Positions 25,531-36,467 of a stretch of 64,000 nucleotides of DNA are shown here, piece by piece (position 1 is the stretch's first letter; each line of letters begins with the position of its first letter). Source of the stretch: Toensbergia leucococca. Taxonomy: Eukaryota. The stretch is taken from the NCBI GenBank assembly GCA_022813965.1, contig JALDZS010000022.1, positions 62,001 to 126,000 on the forward strand, in the 5' to 3' direction. The notes beneath the pieces were generated by a model. The model made no database searches. It had not been told where the DNA came from and saw only the letters and a program-made list of their open reading frames with translations. A program made the translations under genes and the position numbers.

Positions 25531-26479
25531 GACGGTCAATTGAGATTGAGGGTCGGGAAATCGGTATGGGAATCTCAGTGCCGCACACTAAATAGGTCTT
25601 CTGTTTCATCGAATGGACACTGGACTGGTCATTTTGAGGATTGTGAGCTCGTAGATAGAGGGTCTTGAAAGTTCAGACTAAATAGAAGAATCAGATTTAG
25701 AAGTTGAATCAGCGTGATACTAGACATGATATCGAAGGTGGCAGGCAAGGAAAAAAGGCAAAAAGACGGGTAGAGTGCTAGAGGCACGGGATCACGGTCG
25801 GTGCGAAGCTATCCAAAGAGCTTGAATGGCACTCATGGCTTGCATGAGAAGAACCATGGGGTTGGCTCACGTACGAACTTGACTGGTTGAAGGTGCATGG
25901 TGTTCCTGAAAGCTCGACGCTTTGATTCGCTAGCACCATCACCGGCGCCTATATTTAGTCAAATCCCATCCCTTGCAGAATCAAAGTATTTTAGTAACGA
26001 TCAATTGATCGTCTTATCCTGAGAAACCGTCAAGGAGGAGCTTAATTAGCACCATGTTGTGATCGAGATAGCAATGCACCATGGTGACGGTTGAAGCCCA
26101 AAAAGCAAAGGGCCAGAAGTGGATGAAAGAATATTGACGTCACCGGCTGGAGCAGACTGAACACTTACAGAAGTTACAGGAGCAGACTGAATGTGACAAG
26201 AAACCTGATCTGACCAGTCTGGTGCTGGCAGACCATGGCGGCAGTGCAAATTGTATAACGTTCTTGCCATTGGAAAGGGAAAGTGCCAGGATTACGGATA
26301 CATCATCAATGTGATGCTTGTGAAATCTAAAGACTGAAACAATAGGTAGAATGGTGTTCGATAACAGATTTTTTTATCCACATGGTCACTCGTTTTTCCA
26401 GGGTGGTATTGTGCTGACACGGATACGCAAGCCCTAATTATTTGCCCTGCATCCGAGTGCAATCTTTATATACAAGAAC

Positions 26480-27926
26480 CTATAATTTCCCCTTCGCCTC
26501 TCCTATATTACTATGTCGATAAGTATAATGCCAATCTTTGCTCCCAATATCCTCTCTGATCTTATATTGCAGCTCAGCTTCCTCCACCACCCTCATGTCC
26601 AACTCTACTATGCTCATCCTTTCTTCGTTACTCTCTTTTGTTTCGTCGCCGAGCGCTCCCAAGAATGGCACTGTCACGCGGGAGAGGCCAGCGTAGGAAG
26701 ACGACGAGGGAGGCCCTCCTGCGTTAACGAAGACAACTGCGCATGTGTTTTCGAAAGCCCGGCAGGTGAGGGTTGAATCTAGGAAGAGCGCTTCCGAGCG
26801 GGGGTTTAATGAGAGACCGTAAGGAGAGCAGTCACTTAGCGTCCCTAGGTCAAATTCTGTGAGCACACCCTGCAATACCTGCCACTTTCGCCGCTCGAAG
26901 GACTGGAGTAGAGGCGAACAGACTGAGAATGTGGCAGTATTGAAGAATGGGGCTCTCAATATATATTGGAGAGGTAGAATAAGTAACAAAAGGTGCTAGA
27001 CTTTGGAAGGAAACAGTAAACAGGGAACAGGAAACAGGATTTGATGAGGGTCAGGTATTGGGACGAAACAGACTCCTCAGACGCCGAAAAAAAATAAGGA
27101 TTGGAGAGAAATAGACAAGGAAAAGAGATCAAATATTGGAGAAGATGAATAAACTGATGGAGGCCAAGTCAAGGGGGATCCAATGGAGATGACTTACACA
27201 AGGTGGGAATGATAATAGTCTTTGCACCTTGAGCAATTAATTCCCGGAAAGCCTCTGGGAAGGCGAGATCCCAGCAGATCAGGAGACCCACAGGGCCAAT
27301 AGGAGTTTGGATCACGTCGTGGGGCGAATCGGTGCTGGAAGTGATATGTGGGCGCTCGGGGTGCCTGTTGTGAGGGAATCATCCCAAGTGAGAAGAACGG
27401 TAGATGTTGAGGAGTCATATTTGGAGAAAAGGAAGATGTCAAACATGTTATATCTTACCAGAGGTTTTTCTTTTCGTATTTACCCAGAATCTCTCCTTCA
27501 TTCCCGATGAAATAGGCAACATTAGTGAGTACGTCCTCATCTTTTCCGATTCCCGGATGACTCTCGACAATGGTGCCGGGAACAATGCAGATAGTGTGTT
27601 TCTTGGCCAGGGCTTGATACTTCTCGAGGTAGGTCTTCCATTGAGTGCAGAGATGGAAGAATTGCGGGTCTTCCGGCACCCAATTTGTTAAATGGTATTC
27701 GGGAAGGACGGCGAGATGACATCCAGCGTCGGCGGCTTGCACGATGAATTGGGCAGCTTTGGCGTAATTGGACTCAATTTGCATAGGCTGCCTCTCGATA
27801 TTTACCAGTTAGTGGGGTGGCTGAGATGGAAGATAAATAAATGCGGGGCTTCGTCGGTGTGGTGGGGTACCGAACCTTGGGGTAGAGCTGGATCATGGCA
27901 ATTTTGTATACTGGAGGGCGAGACAT
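26480..27926 (-). CDS. Carbon-nitrogen hydrolase (nitrilase superfamily), substrate unknown; 4 exons
   Basis: Reads MSRPPVYKIAMIQLYPK|PMQIESNY. The Glu-Lys-Cys triad is present in LPEY, YEKKNLW and LLICWDLAFPE, plus CRAFEN. The third intron is about 350 nt. Confidence 0.9.
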
Positions 27927-28135
27927 AAATGGTAATCGGCGCATGCACGTTATCTCGGAACTTGTATCTACCTACAGCTCTTTTCGACGAGTACGCACAC
28001 ATTTATCGTGGGTGCACCAGTGCATCATGACCTAGGGGCAAGCTATCTTCTCACCTGACCGATACGAGTGGTCTGATATGAGTAAGGTACTTCTGTAGGA
28101 CCGCGGGTGGCGGGTATGCTAAAGCCCTTTATCGA

Positions 28136-28149
28136 TCGGAGGCTGCCGA
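28136..28149. promoter_or_regulatory. UaY-type Zn2Cys6 binding site TCGG-N6-CCGA in the hydrolase/uaZ divergent promoter
   Basis: Sequence TCGG AGGCTG CCGA matches the A. nidulans UaY consensus exactly. It sits next to TTTATC (a GATA/AreA site, 28128-28133), about 185 bp upstream of the uricase ATG. Confidence 0.75.
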
Positions 28150-28332
28150 TTCTCGGTCCAATGCGAGATACGGACCTGGATACTTTATGCGGAAGACTAC
28201 TTAAAGCTATGCCATCACTTTCCCGCTGTCCATTCCTCATTTCTCTGTCATAACCAAACTTGGTCGAATTTGTGCCAAATCTCTACGCTTCGTTGGACAG
28301 CAGTCTTGCTCAGCTGCCGTTGGTAAAGAGTC

Positions 28333-29337
28333 ATGGCTCAATTGTCAGCTTCCCGCTATGGCAAGGACAACATTCGTGTCTACAAAGTCCACCGTGATGA
28401 GAAGACGAGCTCCCAGTCTGTCGTTGAGATGACCGTGGGCGTGCTCCTTGAAGGTGAAATCGAAGCCTCGTAAGTGCCAGTCCACAAGCACCATTTCAAG
28501 GATAACCAATTGACTATATCCAGTTACACCAAAGCTGATAACAGCGGAATCGTCGCAACCGACTCCATCAAGAACACCGTCTATCTCATGGCGAAGCAGC
28601 ATCCCGTCACCCCTCCGGAGCTTTTTGCCGCCATTGTGGCCAACCATTTCATAGAGACATATAAACATATATCTGCTGCACACGTCAAGGTCATCACCCA
28701 TCGATGGGCACGGATGACAGTTGAAGGGAAGCCCCACCCGCATTCGTTCATGCGTGACGGTTCAGACACGCGGAACGTCGACGCCACTGCACAAGAAGGC
28801 AAAGGCATCAGCATTCGCTCTGCCATTGCCGGCTTGTTGGTGCTCAAAAGCACTGGCTCTGCTTTCCATGGCTTTGTGCGGGATGAATATACCACACTTG
28901 CGGAAGTTTGGGACCGAATTCTCAGCACAAGCGTTGATTGTGCATGGACTTGGAACACCTTCCCCGCGCTTTCTGATGTTCAATCTTCTGTTTCAAAGTT
29001 CAACGACGCATATGATACCGCCCGGACCATCACTATCGAAACATTTGCTCTCGAAGAAAGCCCCAGTGTCCAGAATACCATGTACAAGATGTGCGAACAG
29101 ATCCTGGCCGCTGTTCCTGCGATAGACGCAGTAGATTACTCATTGCCAAATAAGCATTATTTTGAGATAGGTATGTCTTGACTCGTGGATTTCTTGTCTT
29201 AGAAAGTGACTAATAGATGCATAGATATGAGCTGGCACAAGGGTCTGAAGAATACTGGCAAAGACGCCGAGGTGTATGCTCCGCAATCAGATCCAAACGG
29301 CCTAATTCAATGTACGGTCACGAGGGAAGAAAAGTAG
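28333..29337 (+). CDS. uaZ: Uricase (urate oxidase); 3 exons
   Basis: Motifs YGKDNIRVYKV, SYTKADNSGIVATDSIKNTVY, LLVLKSTGSAFHGF, DRILST, SPSVQNTMYKM, LPNKHYFEID and YAPQSDPNGLI. Confidence 0.96.
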
Positions 29338-29539
29338 CCCAAAGGTATGAGGATGAATTGCTTCGGTCAAGCGCGGGAATGGTGTATCTGTACATAGTCA
29401 TAGCACAACACGCTCAATTGTATGGTCTTCTTTGCTCTTTCAAGGAAATAAATATGTCAAGATAATTTGTACACACCGATGTTCCAAGAATCCCAAGTGT
29501 ACAGTGATCTGCACCTGCAACGCCTTGACCTAGGCAATG

Positions 29540-30237
29540 CTATATCGACCTTGCCTCCAACATCTCTGTTCTCACTTGCGGCAACTCCGCTATCCTCGTC
29601 TTTCCATCGACTTTCATTAGATTTTCCTTGTAAGGATGCGCTGCTCCCTCAAACACTATGCGCCATACTTCACATTAGCAATCATCTCCCTCATTCCCAT
29701 GAGCTCCCTTCTCTCCAACCTTCAAATCAAAAAACTCCCCACCCCATAAAACCAAAAAAAAAAAAACCAACTCACCCTTCAACCTCCCCAACCTCGGCTC
29801 CCTCAACCGATCCTTAGGCAACATCCCCCTGACCGCCCGTCTCAAACACTCCCCACCCCCCCACTTCCTCACCATGCCCTCCATATTCAGCACCTTCAGA
29901 CTCCCCGGCCGCGTGCTCCGCTTGTAATACTGCTTCTGCTGCATCTTCTTGCCCGTCACGAAGACGTCCGTGCAGCCGGTCGCGACGACGTAGTCGCCGC
30001 AGTCGGTGGAGGGGTCCCAGGTCGGTTTGTGCTTGCCCATGAGGAGGACGGCGATGCGGGAGGCGAGGCGGCCGAGGGGCGGGGTGGTGGGGGCGGAGAG
30101 GGAGACGTGGTGCCAGGTGCGGGTGTAGGCTAGGCGGGTCTAGTGGGGGGTGCGGCGGGAGGTGAGCTTCTGGTGGTGGAGGGAGGGTGGGAGGGTTTTG
30201 GGAGGAGTGGATATACCCTGCCTATTGTTTGCGACAT
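29540..30237 (-). CDS. MRPL23: Mitochondrial ribosomal protein uL13m; 3 exons
   Basis: Reads MSQTIGR|TRLAYTRTWHHV, PLGRLASRIAVLLMGKHKPTWDPSTDCGDYVV, LRRAVRGMLPKDRLR and VFEGAAHPY. Confidence 0.92.
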
Positions 30238-30948
30238 TTTGGGTACGATGTTCTTCTTCTTATTGGTGGTATCATTGGAGCATCGGGAGGATGGAAGGGG
30301 GGGTGAGGCGTGATGCTTGAATTGGCTCTAGAGGAGCAAGGTGAGAGCGGTTGTCATGTACGGAGTGGCTAGGTCCGAGCTTTCGGTGGTGGAATTTTTG
30401 CTGCCAAGCCAGATTTCTCACGAAAAAGCCGCTTATGCGAGTGCCATGCGGAGTACTCCGTACCCTCTCCTATTAAACTATTCAGGGGCTATGGACATGC
30501 GGCAAATCCATCAATGATCACGTTCAATCAAGCTTCTCTTCTTCAGATCTTAGGCACTACCATAGGCTTACAAAATTATGCTAAGTGGAAAGAGGGGATT
30601 ACAGAGTTATTTGAATGCTATTCAAAATCGGCATGATGTACGTGTGTGATCACTGAAACGTAGAGTAAATGCTTCCTTTCAACGTAACGGGGTATCTGTT
30701 CAACTGAATCTCGAATGTAGAATCCGAGACAGAAAGGCTGAAAATACACCATTGAAAAGAAGCTCAAGCGCCACGACGCCTTGTGGGCAACCTCGAAAAC
30801 ATCGCGAAACGAGACTTAGTGCGGCTTCTGGCCTTACTTACAGCGAAGCGGTTGTACTAGTGACATTGAAACAGTGGACGAAGCCGACAAATGTGCGCGA
30901 ATGCGAGGGTGGAAGTAAGTCTGTGATGTAGTTGCGCACGCGCAATGC

Positions 30949-32596
30949 TTATGCGGCGACGGACCGAGCATTCCAATTTGAGCCGTGATGCATAGACGAA
31001 AGATCTATCAAATTCCCGTCGTCTTCTTCAGACCCATCCTCAGTGCCATCTATGTTGAGCATCTGAAAGCGATTGACCATGGGATTGAGTTTCTTGGCCG
31101 GAAGAGGTGTTATTTCTCTCCTTGGCACATAATGTAATTTCGGTAGTGGTTGAGCGCATTCGTCAGGAAACCATTCAATCCTCATACCCTTGTAGGTCGA
31201 GCGCGACATCATGCAGGTCCTAGCGAAAAGGGAATTATGAACCGAGTTCAGGGAGATGTGAGCATCGCCGTAATGGAAGGATACATCGATGACAACAAGA
31301 TTGTGGATATGATCTAGATCCTCCCGGAGGCGCTCAGCGGTAATGTTTGGATGTATTCCGCGTACGACGAGGTTTCGAGTAGCACCGATGCCAACTTTGT
31401 TAGCCACATGGCCGGGCAGGATGAACTGACGGTCATTCCAGGCAAATTCAACCTGCACTAAAGGTTAATCCCGAGTAAAGCAGTGCTCGACATGTCCACT
31501 TGCCCTCTTCCCATGCACATACACATCATTACGCTTGACGTAGTTCATGAATTCTTGGGCTGCAGTACCCTCAACAAAAGAAACACTTGCAGTCCGTTCG
31601 TTGGTGCGCAGAAAAATGTCCAGAACAGCACCTCCACGAATGATGTCGACGATGTCTTTGTGTGTCGCACGATCTGAAAGATTCTTGACTAGTATTGTCC
31701 GTTGTTCGGCTCTGCTGTATTGTTGCTTCTCTTTCGCTGCGGATGAAAAATGTTCGTCTTTTTCGGGTTCGGATGGGAAAGAATTATCGTCACGGCCAAA
31801 ACTGTATTGACGATTATAAAATGTGGTCTTGTCTTTCAAAGCTCCAACGCTAGGATGTTTCTTTGGTCCCCATTCTCCACAAGAAGCATGTTCGAGTCCT
31901 TCGCTAAACGATGTTGGGGCCAAGAGATGGCTTTCTTGAGGCTGGTTGAACACAGCACCTCCGCCAATCACACTATCACCGTGGTCACGGTCGTAGTGTT
32001 CAGCGGCAGGTTGCAAGATCTCCCCACCACGTATCAAAATCTAGACTGCTACTTTAGTGGCCGCACAAAACCTGCTTTTTTCTCTTGGCCTAAGGTACCT
32101 CAAGAGTTTCAGGTGCTATGCCTCCCCGGTGAAGAGCATCCCTAAGGCTTGCTTTGGTAGTATTAGCGTATTTGAGAATATCAGGGGTGTGGTCGGTAAT
32201 AGGGTTATATATCGTCAAGGAAGGTAATGAGACATACTGTACTCTTGGGCTATCCGTAGCTAAGAGACGAATGCCATCAGAGTCTAAATCTCTTTGGTGT
32301 ACAGGGGTTGAGAGTCAAGACTTACAAGATTATCATGGTCAATCTTTGGAATGCTCACGATTGGTAGGTCGACAGGTGTGGTCAAATCCTTTCCAGAGAC
32401 ATGCTACGCAATCGATGAGCTAATGCAGTATTCAATCGGTGCTTCCTTTGGGAACTGACGAATTCAGCTCTGTCAATGGTCAGTCCACTTCGTCAGTTCC
32501 ACAAGAAGTGGACTGCGGTAGCATAACTGACCGCCGAAGTAAAGTCTCGAAGTATGCTTTATCAATAGTCACTGTGGATGCGATGGTGTTTGCCAT
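30949..32596 (-). CDS. Tandem-RRM RNA-binding protein (Nrd1/Mrn1-like); about 7 exons, several very small
   Basis: N-terminus MANTIASTVTIDKAYFETLLRR|AEF. RRM segments RTILVKNLSDRATHKDIVDIIRGGAVLDI and GATRNLVVRGI...LREDLDHIHNLVVIDV. Confidence 0.82.
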
Positions 32597-32960
32597 GGTA
32601 ATTGTACTTTACCCACTGGAGGATCAAGGCTACAAGGTGTGCGATCGAGGTTTCAACGCGCATTCGCGTATCTAATCGAGGAATCGATACTGAGAGTAAA
32701 TACCTACCTAGCCAGCCGTGAGCAGCCTTATCCGTACAGCCCTACGGAGTACTATTCTATCCAAGAAAATTTGCTCAACACTTTTACCATTTGGAAATCG
32801 TCCGGCATCCCCATAACGAGGTCTGGGTTCTGACTGATTTAGATATGCAATTGGACATACAACTAGCCTGTCGAGCTGGCCAGACCTATCTGGTAGGACA
32901 AAGGTCAGAATCTGGTCCTGATCCGTTAAATATTTCGGCCTGTCCAGGTACTCGTGTTCA

Positions 32961-33047
32961 TGAGTTGTGAAACACCTAAATCCAGTGAATTCAGAGCAAT
33001 AATCACCTCACCACCCGAGACGAGTCCTTTAGGTGTTTCACAACCCA
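32961..33047. repeat. Inverted repeat with 20-bp arms (19/20 match, 17-bp perfect core) and a 47-bp spacer
   Basis: Left arm tgaGTTGTGAAACACCTAAA (32961-32980); right arm TTTAGGTGTTTCACAACcca (33028-33047). Confidence 0.85.
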
Positions 33048-34498
33048 AGTCCGTCTGAATCTGATGCCTACTAACTCATTAATACTTGAATTCTTTGCCT
33101 TTCATAGCCAATCTCTCACATAAAAACTGCAACCACCCAGGGTTCCGAATCTAGGCAAAGTCTAACAGAACATTCTTGGTTCCTGCCGGTTGCTGATCAA
33201 ATTCCCTCCAAAACGTCAGTCTTGAGCACATTGAGGGTTCACGGATGGAATATTTTGCCATCCGCTACGACGCTGAGGAGATAGCACTGTATACGACATA
33301 TTTCAGTAGCTCTACAACAGTCTATCCAAGGTATGAAATGCCAGTAACAGAGATTCAGGCTCAAGAAATCTCTCAGTGCTTGATCTGTTGCATGAAAATC
33401 TGACTAGAGAGTAATTGAGATGGCGGTCTGTTTACTGTTAACAAATGGACTTGGGGTTGAAGCCTCTTATCTCGACTAGAAGCCGGAATAGCAAGAAGCC
33501 GTGTGGCTTAGATATTCTATGCTCTCCGTCATTTTGCTATAAAAGGCGCAAGGCTGTTGTGCATGATCAGCTTTTTGCGCCAAATAAAATATTGAGGCTC
33601 GCGATAGTTGGACTCTGAGAGTCACAATTACAGCTCTTCATGTAACGATAGCTTCAATACTCGATCGGGGCTAAAGCTTGAAGATCGGTCTTTCAGCATT
33701 TATAGAATTGATGAGAGGGAGAGTCGGCGTAACAGGGAGATGCGCAATTGCGGCGTAGATGCATGTTGAGCATATATTCTTAGATGGAGGAATATTGCTT
33801 AAATTGTTGGGGATCACTTCATGTACTCAATATCCACTACAGTGTTTGGATCTCTTCTGAAATAAATTACTGAAATCTAAGGTATCTTGAGTGAAGGAAT
33901 TACATCCATCACAATACTACTCATACATGGAGTCTTTTATTAGGCATTTCTAGGTGGAGATCAGGCCGATGCTGGCGCCATGGACCCTAATTGGAGATCC
34001 CCGCTACGGAGTATGCTATGCTCAGCAGCCAATCAGGGTGGCTCATAGAGAGTGGATCATCAATTGGGCGTTCCATATGTGGTTAAGGCGCTAACAATAC
34101 CTACTCCTATCTGTCCTCTAATTGAATTCCACCTCGACCGCAAGTTGCTATGCTTGGCAGGATGCATCCTCATTCCTCTGCCTCACCCTGCTCACGCCCC
34201 GGGTCGAGGCCTCTGTTATGTAAGACGGATAATATTATTGTCTGCTTGTCCACAGTCATAACGCGTGGCTCGTCCTCGACCACCTTCTTCCTAGAGTCCC
34301 AGGGTTCAGTTTCGTTTTTATGGCTTAGCACCTGCTTTACACCGAGTGCTGCATACGCTCACGTGAGACAACGCTCTTGCATCGAGGCGCAGCCAAGCAT
34401 TGCGTACTCCCTAGAATACACCGGTGAATAAACTGGCCTGATTGAAGAACTCCCTTTGAACCCGAGAGCTTCTCATCTCTTTACCTCTCTTCCCAGTC

Positions 34499-36004
34499 AT
34501 GAAGCTGCTATCTCTTGCCCTAGTTCTTGCCCTCGGTATACTATACTCTTTCCTCATCTTCGACATATCGACCATGCTGTCTGGGCTGACTTCAATATAG
34601 GTGCCGCTGCCCGTGCTCAAACCGTCAAGAGCTGCCCTTCAGGCGAGACGGATGTCTGCTACAGCGTCAATGTCCCTGATGTTTCGGCCTCGAGTGGCTC
34701 TGGCGACATCTACTTTCAGATCACAGGCCCTTCGTCAAAGCAGTGGCTTGGTTTCGGCCAAGGCTCTTCGATGGAAGGTGCGAATATTTTCATCGTCTAC
34801 GCCGATAGTAGTGGCACCAACGTGACATTGTCACCGCGTCTTGGCAAAGGCGAGGTCCAGCCGCTCTTGAACTCTGCAGCCCAGGTCTATTTACTTGATG
34901 GCTCGGGCATAGCCAATGGTTCGATGACCGCTAATGTTCGATGTATGTGAGCTCTTTGCTGTTGAATGCCCCATGATGTGCCTATGACAAGCGTGCCCCA
35001 TATGTTCAAAGGACTAACTAAGTTGAACCCCTTCTTCTTCCCAGGCGCAAGTTGTGCCTCTTGGTCTGGAGGCTCTATGAATTTTACGGACAGCTCATCT
35101 TCATGGATCTGGGCCGTCAAAGATGGTTCAGCAATCGACTCAGATTCCACAAGCGCCAATCTAAATCAACACACCGACATGGGGTCCTTCACACTCGATC
35201 TCACCCAAGCTCGTGGCGGAAGCTCGCTCAATCCTTTCGTTGCCTCAGATGCTACCACATCAGCGGCTACCTCGTCAGGTTCGACTTCGACCGCCACATC
35301 TTCAAGCGTCCCTAGCAGTGGCGCAAACAGTGATTCTGATGACTCGGGTGGAGACGGCGACGTGGCATTGCAGAACCGGGCCACGGTCGCACATGGCGTC
35401 ATGATGGCTCTCGCTTTCGTAATATTTTTCCCATTGGGCGCAGTCATCGTACGCCTCTTTTCCCTCCCTATTTGGGCACATGCCGGTGTGCAGATCTTTG
35501 CATACACGATGGCATTAGCGGCATTCGGACTGGGTGTATGGATAGCTTCTACCACCAGCCAAGTATGTTTGGAGCTCACAATTATTCCAAGCCTTTGATG
35601 ATTTTAGAGGCTAACGGTATCGAAAGTTGAACAACGCCCACCCAGTCATCGGCATCATCGTCATTGCTCTTCTTTTCTTCCAACCATTCCTCGGAATCAT
35701 CCACCACAACATTTTTCGCCGCACTCAACGTCGCACAGTCTGGGTGCAAGGCCATATTTGGCTGGGAAGAGTATTGATCACGCTGGGGATTATCAACGGA
35801 GGCTTGGGCTTGCAACTGTCCGCGAATACAACAGGGGGCGAGATTGCGTATGGGGTTATTGCTGGCCTTGTGTGGGTTGCGTATATGGCCGTTGTGGTGC
35901 TGAGTGCTGTGAAGGGGAAGGAAAAGGGGCATAAGGGGGATCATATAGCAATGGATGGCGGACCGGTGTCGAAGGAAAGCACTGCCGAAGTGAGGCCCTT
36001 GTAG
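34499..36004 (+). CDS. Membrane protein with a CDH-like cytochrome (DOMON/AA8-like) domain fused to cytochrome b561; 4 exons
   Basis: Signal peptide MKLLSLALVLALG, then DIYFQITGPSSKQWLGFGQGSSM, NVTLSPRLG and LNQH. After a Ser/Thr linker come the b561 His motifs AHGVMMALAF, WAHAG, AHPVIG and GHIWLGR. Confidence 0.88.
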
Positions 36005-36467
36005 TGAAGGACGCCGATAGGGTAGGGTGTCGGCGATAGTTTTTAATTAGGTTAGGGGAAATGACTGGATATCTGGTGCTTTTCTTTATATCGCATTATA
36101 ATTTGTGTCTGAGGTCCGAGAAATTCCGAGTTGAGGACACAAAGAGTCTTGGGGTGATCAATCGAGTGATACAGCAGTGGGCCATTACTCATGACCACGA
36201 TTTTGAACACCTTTTGAACACGGTCCTCTTGTCCGCGCTTTGAGATTTCGTGAGCATGATTTTTCGAGGACTCTGTTGACCGCTCCACCTTTGTTGAAAC
36301 AGGCCGAGCGCCCCCAATGACCTTCTGTTCCCCTGTCATCATAGGACCAAGATATCTATCCTCCCATGCCGTCTACAGGAAACTTTTTCCAAACATGAAA
36401 CATGAATCATTATTAAAACAAATAACGCCCCCCCTCTCAGGTTTCTTCTTTCCCCCCCCCTCTTTCT

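Noticed and set aside
23649..36004. noxR and the cytochrome b561 gene as a redox gene cluster
   Set aside because: They are about 9 kb apart and separated by unrelated housekeeping genes, with no shared signals seen.
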